A DNA stretch of 64,000 nucleotides from a virus. Its lineage: Duplodnaviria; Caudoviricetes. A program made the position numbers and the translations under genes. The notes below the pieces were generated by a model. That model saw nothing but the letters and a program-made list of their open reading frames with translations. It was not told the origin of the DNA and did no database searches. Shown here in pieces: positions 9,388-18,894 of this stretch; position 1 is the stretch's first letter; each line of letters begins with the position of its first letter. The DNA lies in the IMG/VR virus record IMGVR_UViG_3300020420_000671; one strand, written 5' to 3'.

Positions 9388-10233
9388 ATGAGAAAACCAA
9401 TAACATTAAAAGAATTAAAAGGTTCAGAATACAGAACAGTAGATTTTTATCTATCAAAATCCTGTAACAAGTCGTGCCACTACTGCACTGCTTGGACACT
9501 TGAAATGCGATATCTACACACAGACATGGATCTAGTACGGACTATACTAAAAGGATTGTCTCCATACAAGACAAGAATATGTTTACTAGGAGGCGAACCT
9601 GGACTGATAAAAAATTTAGATGAGATAATCGCAGAAATAAAGAAGCATGATAATCTAATTCCACAAGTTTTATCAAACAGTTTAGTAAGAAAGTTTTATC
9701 CCCACATACTTGAAGATCCTGAAATAATTTACATAGAACATTTAGTTTTAGATTTTTATGAAGATAGAATAGAAAAACTAGGCAACTGGCCTTTCTTGCC
9801 TATGAATAATAAAAATAACTACAACTTAATAATAGAGACGCCTGGATATTTTAAATACAGAGATAGATTTGATTTGACAGAAATAGATCATGAAAATACG
9901 GAATTCAAGGAATACAATTCTAGATCACCTGATTTTCATAGTGACCATGATATAATACAGGCGCCAGAAATAGAACGTAGGATATGTGCTAAATTTCCAC
10001 AAGTTCCTGTATTTGATTTTGAAATACAAAAGATAAGACATTGTAGTAGAAAAGCCATCGACGGTTCGAGAGAATTTGATATCACTGTAGAAAACATTCA
10101 AAAGATGATGGAATATAAATTATTTGATTTTGAAAAATATTGTACTACTTGTATGGATATCATTCCTCCTAGACCAGAAGCTAGAAGATTTGAAATATTA
10201 GAAAAAATAGCATTGGAAAAAACACCAGTATGA
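9388..10233 (+). CDS. Radical SAM protein with C-terminal Cys cluster (SPASM/twitch-like)
   Basis: CNKSCHYC, LLGGEPGL, C-terminal ICAKF...HCS...YCTTC; ATG 9388 preferred over TTG 9382. Confidence 0.8.
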   Translation: MRKPITLKELKGSEYRTVDFYLSKSCNKSCHYCTAWTLEMRYLHTDMDLVRTILKGLSPYKTRICLLGGEPGLIKNLDEIIAEIKKHDNLIPQVLSNSLVRKFYPHILEDPEIIYIEHLVLDFYEDRIEKLGNWPFLPMNNKNNYNLIIETPGYFKYRDRFDLTEIDHENTEFKEYNSRSPDFHSDHDIIQAPEIERRICAKFPQVPVFDFEIQKIRHCSRKAIDGSREFDITVENIQKMMEYKLFDFEKYCTTCMDIIPPRPEARRFEILEKIALEKTPV

Positions 10234-11741
10234 ACATTTATTCAGTAGCTTTAAATATTCATGACCATAATACATATGACGGGATTTTTCATAATCAAAT
10301 TGAACGTCATAACAGAATTAAGCACAACTTAAATTATGAATGGTCACATGATCCTAATCCTAGTAAAAAGTTCTTTAATGAACATGTATTAGACAAATAT
10401 AAAAGTAGAGATGAAAATAATATATTTGCGTTTACTGTATCTAATTTAGGACAAGAATTTGTAACAGATTTAATTAATGAAAATTTTCCTAATAATGACT
10501 TTTTAAAATTTAAACCAAAAAGTTTATGGGAACCATTTTACAATGAATTTGTGTATTATATTGATCATCATCAATCACACGCTACCTATGCTTTTCTCAC
10601 TTCAGGATTTCCAGAAGCTGACATATTAGCAATAGATGGTAGAGGCTGGCAGTTCAATTGTATCTTTATTGGCAAAGATGGTATGATTAAAGACCTGTCT
10701 AATAAGATTCCAATTGGTGGACTATGGAATAGATTAGCTCAGGATATAGGATTTAGATATCTTGACGCAGGCAAAGTAATGGGATTAGCAGGATATGGAA
10801 AATACAACTATCAAACGGATGCTATGATAGAAACTTATCTAATGAATCCTAATCATACACTACCTAGTTTTGCTCCAGAAGTAATTAAAAATAACAAAAG
10901 AGAAGATATAGCTTATACTTTACAATTTAAAACTATAGAACTTATTAAAAAGTATGTGTACCCACTTAAAACCTGCGATAACATTTGTGTAGCAGGAGGA
11001 GTAGCATACAACGGTTATATGAATGAAGAATTGACAACACACTACAAAAACGTTCACGTTCCTCCAGCTGTAGGAGATGAAGGACAAGCACTAGGTACAT
11101 ATATGCACGCCGACTACTATCTAAATGACAACGTACACAAACCCAGTGTATTTGCTGGTAAAGAACAAAAAATATCTACAGATTTATTTACGGGTATGAA
11201 TTTTGAAAAGTGGCCTTTTGAAAAATTAACAACTAAAGTCGCAGAAGAGATAGCAAACGGAAAAATAGTAGGATGGTATCAAGGAAAATCAGAAAGCGGA
11301 AATAGAGCTTTAGGAAATAGAAGTATTCTTGCTGACCCAAGGAATCCAAATATAAAAGATACCATTAATAGAAGAATAAAAAAACGTGAAGACTTTAGAC
11401 CATTTGCTCCAAGTGTTTTAGAAGAACACTATCAAGATTTTTTCCATACAAGTCAACCTAGTCCTTATATGTCAAGAATTATGCCTGTAAAAGTAGACAC
11501 AGTACCTGGTATAACTCATGTAGACGGAACTGCTAGAATACAAACTGTTAATAGACAATTCAACGAAAGATATTATGATTTAATCACTGCTTTCTACAAG
11601 CATACAGGTATACCCATGCTATTGAATACCAGTTTCAACTGCCAAGAACCTATAGTAGAAACTCCAGAAGATGCTTTACAAACTTTTAAAAATAGTGGTT
11701 TAGATTTGTTAGTTTTAGGAGATTATTTGTTATGGAAGTAA
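10230..11741 (+). CDS. O-carbamoyltransferase, NodU/CmcH/TobZ family
   Basis: HHQSHA, GGVAYN, GDEGQALG, RALGNRSILADP, KKREDFRPFAP, THVDGTARIQTV, LLNTSFN motifs. Confidence 0.92.
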   Translation: MNIYSVALNIHDHNTYDGIFHNQIERHNRIKHNLNYEWSHDPNPSKKFFNEHVLDKYKSRDENNIFAFTVSNLGQEFVTDLINENFPNNDFLKFKPKSLWEPFYNEFVYYIDHHQSHATYAFLTSGFPEADILAIDGRGWQFNCIFIGKDGMIKDLSNKIPIGGLWNRLAQDIGFRYLDAGKVMGLAGYGKYNYQTDAMIETYLMNPNHTLPSFAPEVIKNNKREDIAYTLQFKTIELIKKYVYPLKTCDNICVAGGVAYNGYMNEELTTHYKNVHVPPAVGDEGQALGTYMHADYYLNDNVHKPSVFAGKEQKISTDLFTGMNFEKWPFEKLTTKVAEEIANGKIVGWYQGKSESGNRALGNRSILADPRNPNIKDTINRRIKKREDFRPFAPSVLEEHYQDFFHTSQPSPYMSRIMPVKVDTVPGITHVDGTARIQTVNRQFNERYYDLITAFYKHTGIPMLLNTSFNCQEPIVETPEDALQTFKNSGLDLLVLGDYLLWK

Positions 11742-12376
11742 TTAATAAAAATTATTGGAAAGTATGGTGGGAAGGAATACAACATGGCCATGAAATAAAA
11801 GATATCCTTTACAGCGTAGGTCCTGATCAGATGGATTCGAAAATACATCTAGTTGATTGTATTCCGTTAGATGAAATGAAAAAATTTAATGACTTGAAAA
11901 TACATTTATATGGCGGCTGGTATGGTTATCCTTTAATTAATCTTTTGTTGACTAAATTTTTAAATATAGAACATATTACTAACATAGACTTAGATGAAAA
12001 GGCATTGGATCTGTCTAGAAAATACACACAGACACTAGAACTAGAACACAAAGTTTTTTTCAAACATAGGGACGTAAAGGATAAAATAGAAACATCATAC
12101 TATAAAGATAAAGACGTAAGATTAGTGATTAACACATCAAGCGAACACATGGCAGATCTGCCTGATTTAATAGCAAATAAAGATTACACCCCTAACTGTG
12201 TATTTGCTTTACAAAGTAATAATATGTTTCATGTAAAAGATCAACATATTAATTGTTCTAATAATTTAGATGAATTTGTAAAAAAGACTGGACTTACTAA
12301 GATATGGTTTGCTGACACTTACAAAATGTCAAATGGATATGAACGATATACTGTTATTGGCAATCATCGAACTTAG
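11732..12376 (+). CDS. Class I methyltransferase-like protein
   Basis: LYGGWYG glycine loop, ITNIDLD acidic strand, VINTSSEHM, ALQSNN. Confidence 0.6.
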   Translation: MEVINKNYWKVWWEGIQHGHEIKDILYSVGPDQMDSKIHLVDCIPLDEMKKFNDLKIHLYGGWYGYPLINLLLTKFLNIEHITNIDLDEKALDLSRKYTQTLELEHKVFFKHRDVKDKIETSYYKDKDVRLVINTSSEHMADLPDLIANKDYTPNCVFALQSNNMFHVKDQHINCSNNLDEFVKKTGLTKIWFADTYKMSNGYERYTVIGNHRT

Positions 12377-13043
12377 ATTTTAACCAATCAAAATCATTTA
12401 TCAACCTAAGATTAGACCCCCTAGAAAAGCCAAACTCCATACCAGCATTAGCACCTCTAATCGCATCTTCACGAAATCTTCCATTAGCTGTAGTGGTCCA
12501 TACTTTAAGTCTTTCATTAGTTTCTCCTTGTTGTTGTCTATCTATCACTCTACTACTTAATTTAGCACATTCTCTAAACGCACTTTTCCATGTATTGAAC
12601 GAGTCAGTATCAAAAGCTGTAATGTTACTAACTTTATCAAACACAATAAAATTATCTGAAATACTAGTGGTCATATCGTGACTATCTACATTTATATTTT
12701 TTGTTAGTTTTGTTGGGAGTAATTTTACTCCCCCATAACCGTAAGTAAGATCATTTACAGGATTTACACTTTTATATACATGGACAATATTTTCATTTTG
12801 TGAAGTAACAAAATAATCGAACTTGAATTCTGGTGTAATCACAGCATCACCATCTACCACAAAAAAATATCTAGTACTTGCTTTCTTTGCCGCTTCGATA
12901 TGGGCTTTGTGTATTCCCTTGACCCCGTCTATTCGTTTGACCCTGTCTCCAAAAACTCCTTTTGTGTTAAATCTTTTATAAAGGTTGTCGAAGTTTTTAT
13001 CCGCATGCGGTTCACCATAACTAATAAAAATTATATCATGCAT
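12354..13043 (-). CDS. Glycosyltransferase (GT-A/GT2-like), paralog A
   Basis: DIIFISYGEP start, FFVVDGD DxD-like motif, YGYGGVKL, WKSAFREC; clearly paralogous to 14393-15310. Confidence 0.6.
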   Translation of the reverse strand: MHDIIFISYGEPHADKNFDNLYKRFNTKGVFGDRVKRIDGVKGIHKAHIEAAKKASTRYFFVVDGDAVITPEFKFDYFVTSQNENIVHVYKSVNPVNDLTYGYGGVKLLPTKLTKNINVDSHDMTTSISDNFIVFDKVSNITAFDTDSFNTWKSAFRECAKLSSRVIDRQQQGETNERLKVWTTTANGRFREDAIRGANAGMEFGFSRGSNLRLINDFDWLKSKFDDCQ

Positions 13044-14400
13044 TCTTAACTTCCTTATAAAATTCTTTGTATTCCGGAAATGTTTTTACAAAATCTAAAT
13101 TCCTTCTATTGTCATATTCCTTTATAAATTTATAAAATAATTTTTGTGCTTGTCTTTGTTCTTCTCTGAATTTTTTATTTTTAAACCTAAACAATACATC
13201 AGCTACAATTCTTTTAAGTTTTGCTGTCTCTATATCTCCAAAGCTACCAACATCAGTATTTTCTATCATAAAATCTACTGCTGGTATTAGATGTTTTTTT
13301 ATAAGTTCTTCACTTGCTACTTTCACATCTAAGAATTGTGGATTGCGGACATACGGAATGTCAACCTTGATTCTATGATCCGCTCTGTGTTTTCTATAAT
13401 ATGTTGTTTTGAGATGAAGCACCCAAATTAAAAAATTTTTAAACGTTGGTAGGCTCAATATATTAAAGGCACTCATAAAACTTATTCTACTATTTGTATT
13501 CCTAGCAAAGTATTCTATGTTGTCTTTAAACAAAAACCAATCCATACCGTACCGACTGTATTCTGCTTGAGCTCCACTGCTCTCGGCGCTTGTAAACAAG
13601 GTAAACTGATTGACACTCTTTTTATTTTCTAGTTCCTTAATACTTTTAGTAAATTTTTTCCATAGATCTTTAGGAGGACATCCGTTTGAATTAATAGCAA
13701 AATCTAAATTAGGTTGTGGATTTTCTATCAAGTAATCAATAACCTTTTGTGTATGTTTACTCAACAAAGGTTCACCGCCTGTAATTCGAAAAACTTTCAT
13801 GTGTTTTACCGCTTCAGGAAACCATTTCCAAAATGCTTCTATGTAAGGATTATGTTCCCTTTCTAATATCTGTACTTCCTCAGGATCAATTGAATTATAT
13901 TGCCATATGCCTAGATCATAAGAACCTTTTTGTTTTACTTCTTCTACCCATTTACTGCTAAACGCAGGGCCACAGTAAGAACATTTAAAATTACATATAT
14001 TACTGAAACTTATTTCAACATATCTAGGATAAAAATCTTCATGCCCTGTTGAATTAGATATGACAGAAAAATCTTCCCAACTAAAATGATCAGCACTTTT
14101 GTATACCCTATCGCTGAACTTATCAGTGTTATCTTCTATTCTCCAACAATAGTCACATTCTTCAGGACGTTCATTATTAAGCATTCTACGTCTTGTGTTC
14201 TTTTTGAACTCCGTATTATGAAGTACGTTTGGATTATTTTTAAGATCTTCTAAAGGAATTTTATGAGCTTTGACATGATGACAGCTATGATTTATCCCCG
14301 ATCCTAAGTGAATAGTTACCTGTGTCCATTTTGCTAAACAAAATCCACAGCCAACTTTATTTAATTTTTCTTGAACTTCAGCTGGATCAGCTCTAATCAT
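13036..14400 (-). CDS. Radical SAM protein with N-terminal twitch-like Cys domain
   Basis: FCLAKW...HSCHH...ECDYCW before CNFKCSYC; ITGGEPLL. Confidence 0.8.
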   Translation of the reverse strand: MIRADPAEVQEKLNKVGCGFCLAKWTQVTIHLGSGINHSCHHVKAHKIPLEDLKNNPNVLHNTEFKKNTRRRMLNNERPEECDYCWRIEDNTDKFSDRVYKSADHFSWEDFSVISNSTGHEDFYPRYVEISFSNICNFKCSYCGPAFSSKWVEEVKQKGSYDLGIWQYNSIDPEEVQILEREHNPYIEAFWKWFPEAVKHMKVFRITGGEPLLSKHTQKVIDYLIENPQPNLDFAINSNGCPPKDLWKKFTKSIKELENKKSVNQFTLFTSAESSGAQAEYSRYGMDWFLFKDNIEYFARNTNSRISFMSAFNILSLPTFKNFLIWVLHLKTTYYRKHRADHRIKVDIPYVRNPQFLDVKVASEELIKKHLIPAVDFMIENTDVGSFGDIETAKLKRIVADVLFRFKNKKFREEQRQAQKLFYKFIKEYDNRRNLDFVKTFPEYKEFYKEVKNA

Positions 14401-15310
14401 TATCTATTACCGATTTATTAATTACCCTGCCATAGTTTTTATTAACAGTTTTAAAAAAAATACTTTGTTCTTCGCTCAGTGGTTGAGTAGCAATAGGTAA
14501 TTGTAATTGATTTATTAAATTAGTTCCTATGTTCCATATTTCATTATGTAAAATATCTTCTGGTAATTCATCTCTATTTGCCCATATCTCATCTAAATGT
14601 GTAAAGTCTCTTACATTCACGTAATCCCAGTCTGAAAGCATTGTCATTTCTAAACCTTCTCTTGCTCCGTAAATAGCCCAGTCGCCATTTTTTACATCAC
14701 TACCAACCATTGTCCAAATATATAACATGTTTAAATTTTTAGGATGTCCTTTTAAAAACTCAGAATGTGCTATCCTTTCTCCCCTATTAAGAGATAATTT
14801 TACACCTTCTCTGAAACCTGCTCGCCAGGCTTGTTTAGGAGTATAATTGTTGTGAGTCAAACTAAAACAACTATTCTGTTGTATGTATTGTGCATCCCAA
14901 CAAAAATCAACCTGTGCGTTTGTATTATCTGGATCTGCGTTTTCATGTGTTTTCATATCTAAAACATATTGTTTCGGCCAGCATTTAAGGCCACCATTGC
15001 CATACATTAAGCCGTTAATAATATTTTGTCCACACCAACTAATAACACTTTTTTCTAAATTAGCATGAGTATCAAAGTCTAAAACTTGATCTAAAAATTC
15101 TTGCTTTATTGTATTATCACCATCTACTGTGATAAATCTATCTGTATCACTTATCCTAGCACATTCTTTGTGAGCGGCATCTGAACCTAATATACCATGA
15201 ACACGTTTTGCCCATGGCACCTTGTTTTTTAAATCAGCCCAATTTTTTTCAGCATTAGGTTCGTCATAACTTAAAAATATAATATCTAGTTCTGCTATTT
15301 TAATTTTCAT
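14393..15310 (-). CDS. Glycosyltransferase (GT-A/GT2-like), paralog B
   Basis: DIIFLSYDEP, FITVDGD, YGNGGLKCW, WRAGFREG; ATG 15310 overlaps the upstream small ORF. Confidence 0.6.
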   Translation of the reverse strand: MKIKIAELDIIFLSYDEPNAEKNWADLKNKVPWAKRVHGILGSDAAHKECARISDTDRFITVDGDNTIKQEFLDQVLDFDTHANLEKSVISWCGQNIINGLMYGNGGLKCWPKQYVLDMKTHENADPDNTNAQVDFCWDAQYIQQNSCFSLTHNNYTPKQAWRAGFREGVKLSLNRGERIAHSEFLKGHPKNLNMLYIWTMVGSDVKNGDWAIYGAREGLEMTMLSDWDYVNVRDFTHLDEIWANRDELPEDILHNEIWNIGTNLINQLQLPIATQPLSEEQSIFFKTVNKNYGRVINKSVIDND

Positions 15311-15476
15311 AATCACTCCTAATCACGCTGTCTCCAAACATCAAATATATTAATGCTTCATATTTTTCGTCTATTTCAATCCACAGTTCACCTACGAATT
15401 CGTTTGTAAAAGCTCTACACGGAAACGCTTTTTGAATACCATAATACGGTCCAAGATGTTTACAAATAATTTTCAT
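15300..15476 (-). CDS. Small hypothetical protein (58 aa) absent from the ORF track
   Basis: MKIICKHLGPYYGIQKAFPCRAFTNEFVGELWIEIDEKYEALIYLMFGDSVIRSDYEN*; fills the gap and overlaps both neighbours. Confidence 0.6.
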   Translation of the reverse strand: MKIICKHLGPYYGIQKAFPCRAFTNEFVGELWIEIDEKYEALIYLMFGDSVIRSDYEN

Positions 15477-15981
15477 CTGTTTCTCTTGTTACACAATCAG
15501 CAAATATATTTTTTGTATATACGCTGTAAGATTCTATATTTTTAAAAGGAAATGATTCCTCTGATCCTATTTTGAAAGTAAAAGTATTTAATAAGAAATG
15601 CGGATCTCCTTTTTTTGTTACATAAAAAACTATTTCATCTAAATTTTTTGGCGTATCTAGTGTGTTAATGTAACATTTATTCATGCTCTTATCTACTACA
15701 AATTCTATATCGTGAAAATTATCTTCTGGTTGGGATAACTCATTAAGCAAAAATGCCTGTTGTTCTTCATCATCATTTTTCTTCAATTCGAAATCTTTAT
15801 TTCTTTTATTATATACTACTTTCCAGTACATAAAATTTTCTTTAAGTGTTTGAAAAGGCTCTGCTTGTTCATCTGTAATTTCAATATGAGTATATGCCTC
15901 ATTGATACTTGGTCCAATACTAAAAATTTGTCCTGTATCTTTATCAAAACATACATACTGACGGGTCTCAAACATATTCAT
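15460..15981 (-). CDS. Hypothetical protein
   Basis: 173-aa ORF overlapping both neighbours in the operon; no motif recognised. Confidence 0.7.
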   Translation of the reverse strand: MNMFETRQYVCFDKDTGQIFSIGPSINEAYTHIEITDEQAEPFQTLKENFMYWKVVYNKRNKDFELKKNDDEEQQAFLLNELSQPEDNFHDIEFVVDKSMNKCYINTLDTPKNLDEIVFYVTKKGDPHFLLNTFTFKIGSEESFPFKNIESYSVYTKNIFADCVTRETDENYL

Positions 15982-16768
15982 TTAAGATCCTTTCACAAAA
16001 ATTATTTTTGGTATAATGAATTATACCATGCTGTAAATAATTTCCTATTTTAAGTTGTTTTTGTTCGTTGAAATAAAATGGAATAGTTTCTGTCCAATCT
16101 TCTTGTGTAGTTTCCCAATCTTGTACATGAGATTTCATGTGGACAAAACTTGCTGGTTTAAAAATATAATTTTTGATATCTTCATCTAATATAGTAATCG
16201 CATGATTTAAATCCATACTACTCACTTTGGGAGTAAGTTTAGGAACATATATTTTATAATATTCCTTATAGTTTCTACAAACTTGTTTAAGTTTTAAATA
16301 ATATTTCAGAGCTGTTTCATTTTGTTTAAAATAATGAAACGCACAATAGATATTAGGTATATTATTTTTTTCAAATGTTTTTCTATAGTATTGACTAGTT
16401 ACAGGGTTATTCTTATACGTTCTCACATTATTTGTAAAGCATACGTCATAATTTTTTAAATATGACCACCAATAACTTACGTCATTTAAAAAAAGCATGT
16501 CAGTATCTAACAAAACAGTTTCTTGATACGGAGTTTCATGATAGGCTTTCCATCTAATATCTGTTCTATAAAAATTTTGTGTATTCCTATCAGAGGTTGG
16601 AATGTCAATTACATGATCAAAAATACTTTTATATTGATCAGAAACATTGTCTCCAGTAAGTAATGATACATTTTTTATAGTTTGTGTTTGTTTAATGCTT
16701 TTAGCACACAGATAAGCCTGTTTGATATGCTCTTCTCCAGAAGCTATCATTATGTAACCTTTAGACAT
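15968..16768 (-). CDS. Glycosyltransferase (GT-A, GT8/mannosyltransferase-like), paralog C
   Basis: KGYIMIA start, TPYQETVLLDTDMLFL DxD motif; paralog of 16761-17591. Confidence 0.6.
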   Translation of the reverse strand: MSKGYIMIASGEEHIKQAYLCAKSIKQTQTIKNVSLLTGDNVSDQYKSIFDHVIDIPTSDRNTQNFYRTDIRWKAYHETPYQETVLLDTDMLFLNDVSYWWSYLKNYDVCFTNNVRTYKNNPVTSQYYRKTFEKNNIPNIYCAFHYFKQNETALKYYLKLKQVCRNYKEYYKIYVPKLTPKVSSMDLNHAITILDEDIKNYIFKPASFVHMKSHVQDWETTQEDWTETIPFYFNEQKQLKIGNYLQHGIIHYTKNNFCERILNEYV

Positions 16769-17591
16769 TTAAACTTCTTTCCAAGCTAAATTTATTCATG
16801 ACATGTATATTCATGCCCTTCACTGAAGAAAGTATATACTCATTAAATAGTTTTTCCTTTTGTATTAAAAATGTTAAACTATCGTCTTGTATCTTATACA
16901 GTATATCTCTATCAAGTGTGTAATACATTTTTCCAGGTAATTTTTTAGCCCAGTCCCCATCTTGAAACCCGTTCATTATATGTATACCCATGCTGAAGAG
17001 ATGATCGTTCCTAAAATTTCTACTTGCTAAATCATATACATCACTGTAATGACCCCAATTGTTATATAGATGTCTAAGCAAATCAAAAAATATTTTGTTT
17101 TCTTTGCTTTTTGTAAAATAAAAACACGTTGCCCAGTAAAAAGGAATGCCTTTGTCATTGATATAATCAAACTCTTTATAGTTTCTCCAAGAACATAGAT
17201 CAACTCCTTGTCTATATATTTGAAAATCATCATTTCTTAGAAAAGAATGCTTAAATTTATCATTACAAATTATATAATCAGTATCTAAAACCAAAGTTTT
17301 ATCGTATGGACTCAAATTAAAAGCATTGAATCTTTCGTTATTTTTAAAATTTAGTTTTGTTTTAATCTGTTGTCCGTCATAATATCTTTTTTCATTATCT
17401 TGAGAATCTTCAATTGTTATTATTTTATCAAAAACATCATGGTATTGAATATCTAATTTATCAAATGTAGAAGTAACAATAGATACTGGTAAATTAAGAT
17501 ATTTTTTTGAACGGGAGGCAAGTTCTACTGCTTGTTTTATATAATTAATAGAACCATTATTATTAGCAAAGCATAAAATTCCATTAGACAT
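16761..17591 (-). CDS. Glycosyltransferase (GT-A, GT8/mannosyltransferase-like), paralog D
   Basis: NGILCFA start, SPYDKTLVLDTDYII DxD motif, FRNDHLFS. Confidence 0.6.
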   Translation of the reverse strand: MSNGILCFANNNGSINYIKQAVELASRSKKYLNLPVSIVTSTFDKLDIQYHDVFDKIITIEDSQDNEKRYYDGQQIKTKLNFKNNERFNAFNLSPYDKTLVLDTDYIICNDKFKHSFLRNDDFQIYRQGVDLCSWRNYKEFDYINDKGIPFYWATCFYFTKSKENKIFFDLLRHLYNNWGHYSDVYDLASRNFRNDHLFSMGIHIMNGFQDGDWAKKLPGKMYYTLDRDILYKIQDDSLTFLIQKEKLFNEYILSSVKGMNIHVMNKFSLERSLNV

Positions 17592-17928
17592 CTACTAGAC
17601 CTTCTACACTACGTTTAGTGCTGAGAATTTCATACTCCTCATTATACTGATTTGTAGCTTCAGTGTATTTGTGTAACAGTGATTCAGTAAAGTCTTCCAA
17701 ATCAGGTATTTGAATAGGAGTTTTGTTGTCGTCAATTACCAAAGAAGATGATGTTTTAGATAACAACATGGTACAAAAATTAATAAGCTCTTTACTTGCT
17801 GTAAATGTGCCGCCAAGATAATACAGAATTAAGTTTTCTTCATACTTTTCATACAGAATCCTCTTTTGATTATTCAGAGTGACAGAATAGTTTGAAAATT
17901 CTAATGCTTTTTCAAGGGATTCTTCCAT
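17584..17928 (-). CDS. Hypothetical protein (possibly fibre-associated chaperone)
   Basis: 114-aa ORF with AGGAG SD, first gene after a late promoter. Confidence 0.6.
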   Translation of the reverse strand: MEESLEKALEFSNYSVTLNNQKRILYEKYEENLILYYLGGTFTASKELINFCTMLLSKTSSSLVIDDNKTPIQIPDLEDFTESLLHKYTEATNQYNEEYEILSTKRSVEGLVDV

Positions 17929-17954
17929 AGTTATACTCCTAGTTAATGTATAAC

Positions 17955-17960
17955 TATTTA
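17955..17960 (-). promoter_or_regulatory. Late promoter heading the glycosyltransferase operon
   Basis: TAAATA 26 nt upstream of ATG 17928, with SD in between. Confidence 0.55.
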
Positions 17961-17963
17961 ATC

Positions 17964-18878
17964 TTACAGAGCGTTGGTGGTATTGAAAGTTGGCGCCGGT
18001 ACATTGACGCTATTTGTGTTATTTGGTCTGTTTTGTTGAGCCGTGCTTGACGTTGTTGCTGTTACAGCTTCGTCAAAATTTGGATTTGGTCCTTTATCTT
18101 CATTAAATGTAACTCTAAAATATAAAGTAGCACCACTTTTATATGCTTCAATCAAATAATCGTTGGCACTATACGCACTAGCAGTCTTATTAAAAATTGT
18201 TACGTAAGATCCAGGCAAATTGTTATAACCATAACTGGTTCCTACTGAACCATTGCTAGTTGAACTTCTTCCAAACACAACAGTACCTACTGAAGCCATT
18301 AAACTTCTCCAGTCATTGTTAATAGGAGTGTTGCCTGACCCTATTAATCCACTTATGTTAATAGTTCCTCCAGCATTAAAATACACTCTCATGTGATCTG
18401 TGCCACTGATTGTGGTTTGACTTCCGTCTCCGTTTGTAACTGAGTATCCGCCAAATGTTACTGTGAAGTAATGATCGATATCAGTTGACCATGATGCTGT
18501 TCTTGAACTAGTTACTCCTGATTCTAATCCTAACTGTCCCGCACTTACAGACAATCTTGCGGCCTGTGCTGTAATACTCAATGATTCGTATTGAGCATAA
18601 CCTTCTTTAGAACTATTATTGCTATCTTCTACAGTATCTCCAACAGATGGTGGAGCAATCTCGGAAGGTAAACTTCCTGTTTGATGGATTCTTATTTTAG
18701 TTAGGTCTGTATCAAGATTAATCATATCTTGAGCTGTAACTGTGTTACCTACTGTAACAGTTTGACTGGTTACTGCTTGTCCGTATCCTTCGTCTCCTGC
18801 CCCTAATCCTAAAACTGCCGCTACTCTTGCTCTGATATTGTTATATCTTGCCGCGGTAATTGTATCGCCTACTGCCAT
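17964..18878 (-). CDS. Virion structural protein (tail-fibre associated)
   Basis: Thr/Ser/Gly/Ala-rich beta-type composition, directly downstream of the fibre genes. Confidence 0.55.
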   Translation of the reverse strand: MAVGDTITAARYNNIRARVAAVLGLGAGDEGYGQAVTSQTVTVGNTVTAQDMINLDTDLTKIRIHQTGSLPSEIAPPSVGDTVEDSNNSSKEGYAQYESLSITAQAARLSVSAGQLGLESGVTSSRTASWSTDIDHYFTVTFGGYSVTNGDGSQTTISGTDHMRVYFNAGGTINISGLIGSGNTPINNDWRSLMASVGTVVFGRSSTSNGSVGTSYGYNNLPGSYVTIFNKTASAYSANDYLIEAYKSGATLYFRVTFNEDKGPNPNFDEAVTATTSSTAQQNRPNNTNSVNVPAPTFNTTNAL

Positions 18879-18894
18879 TTTACTTCCTTATATT

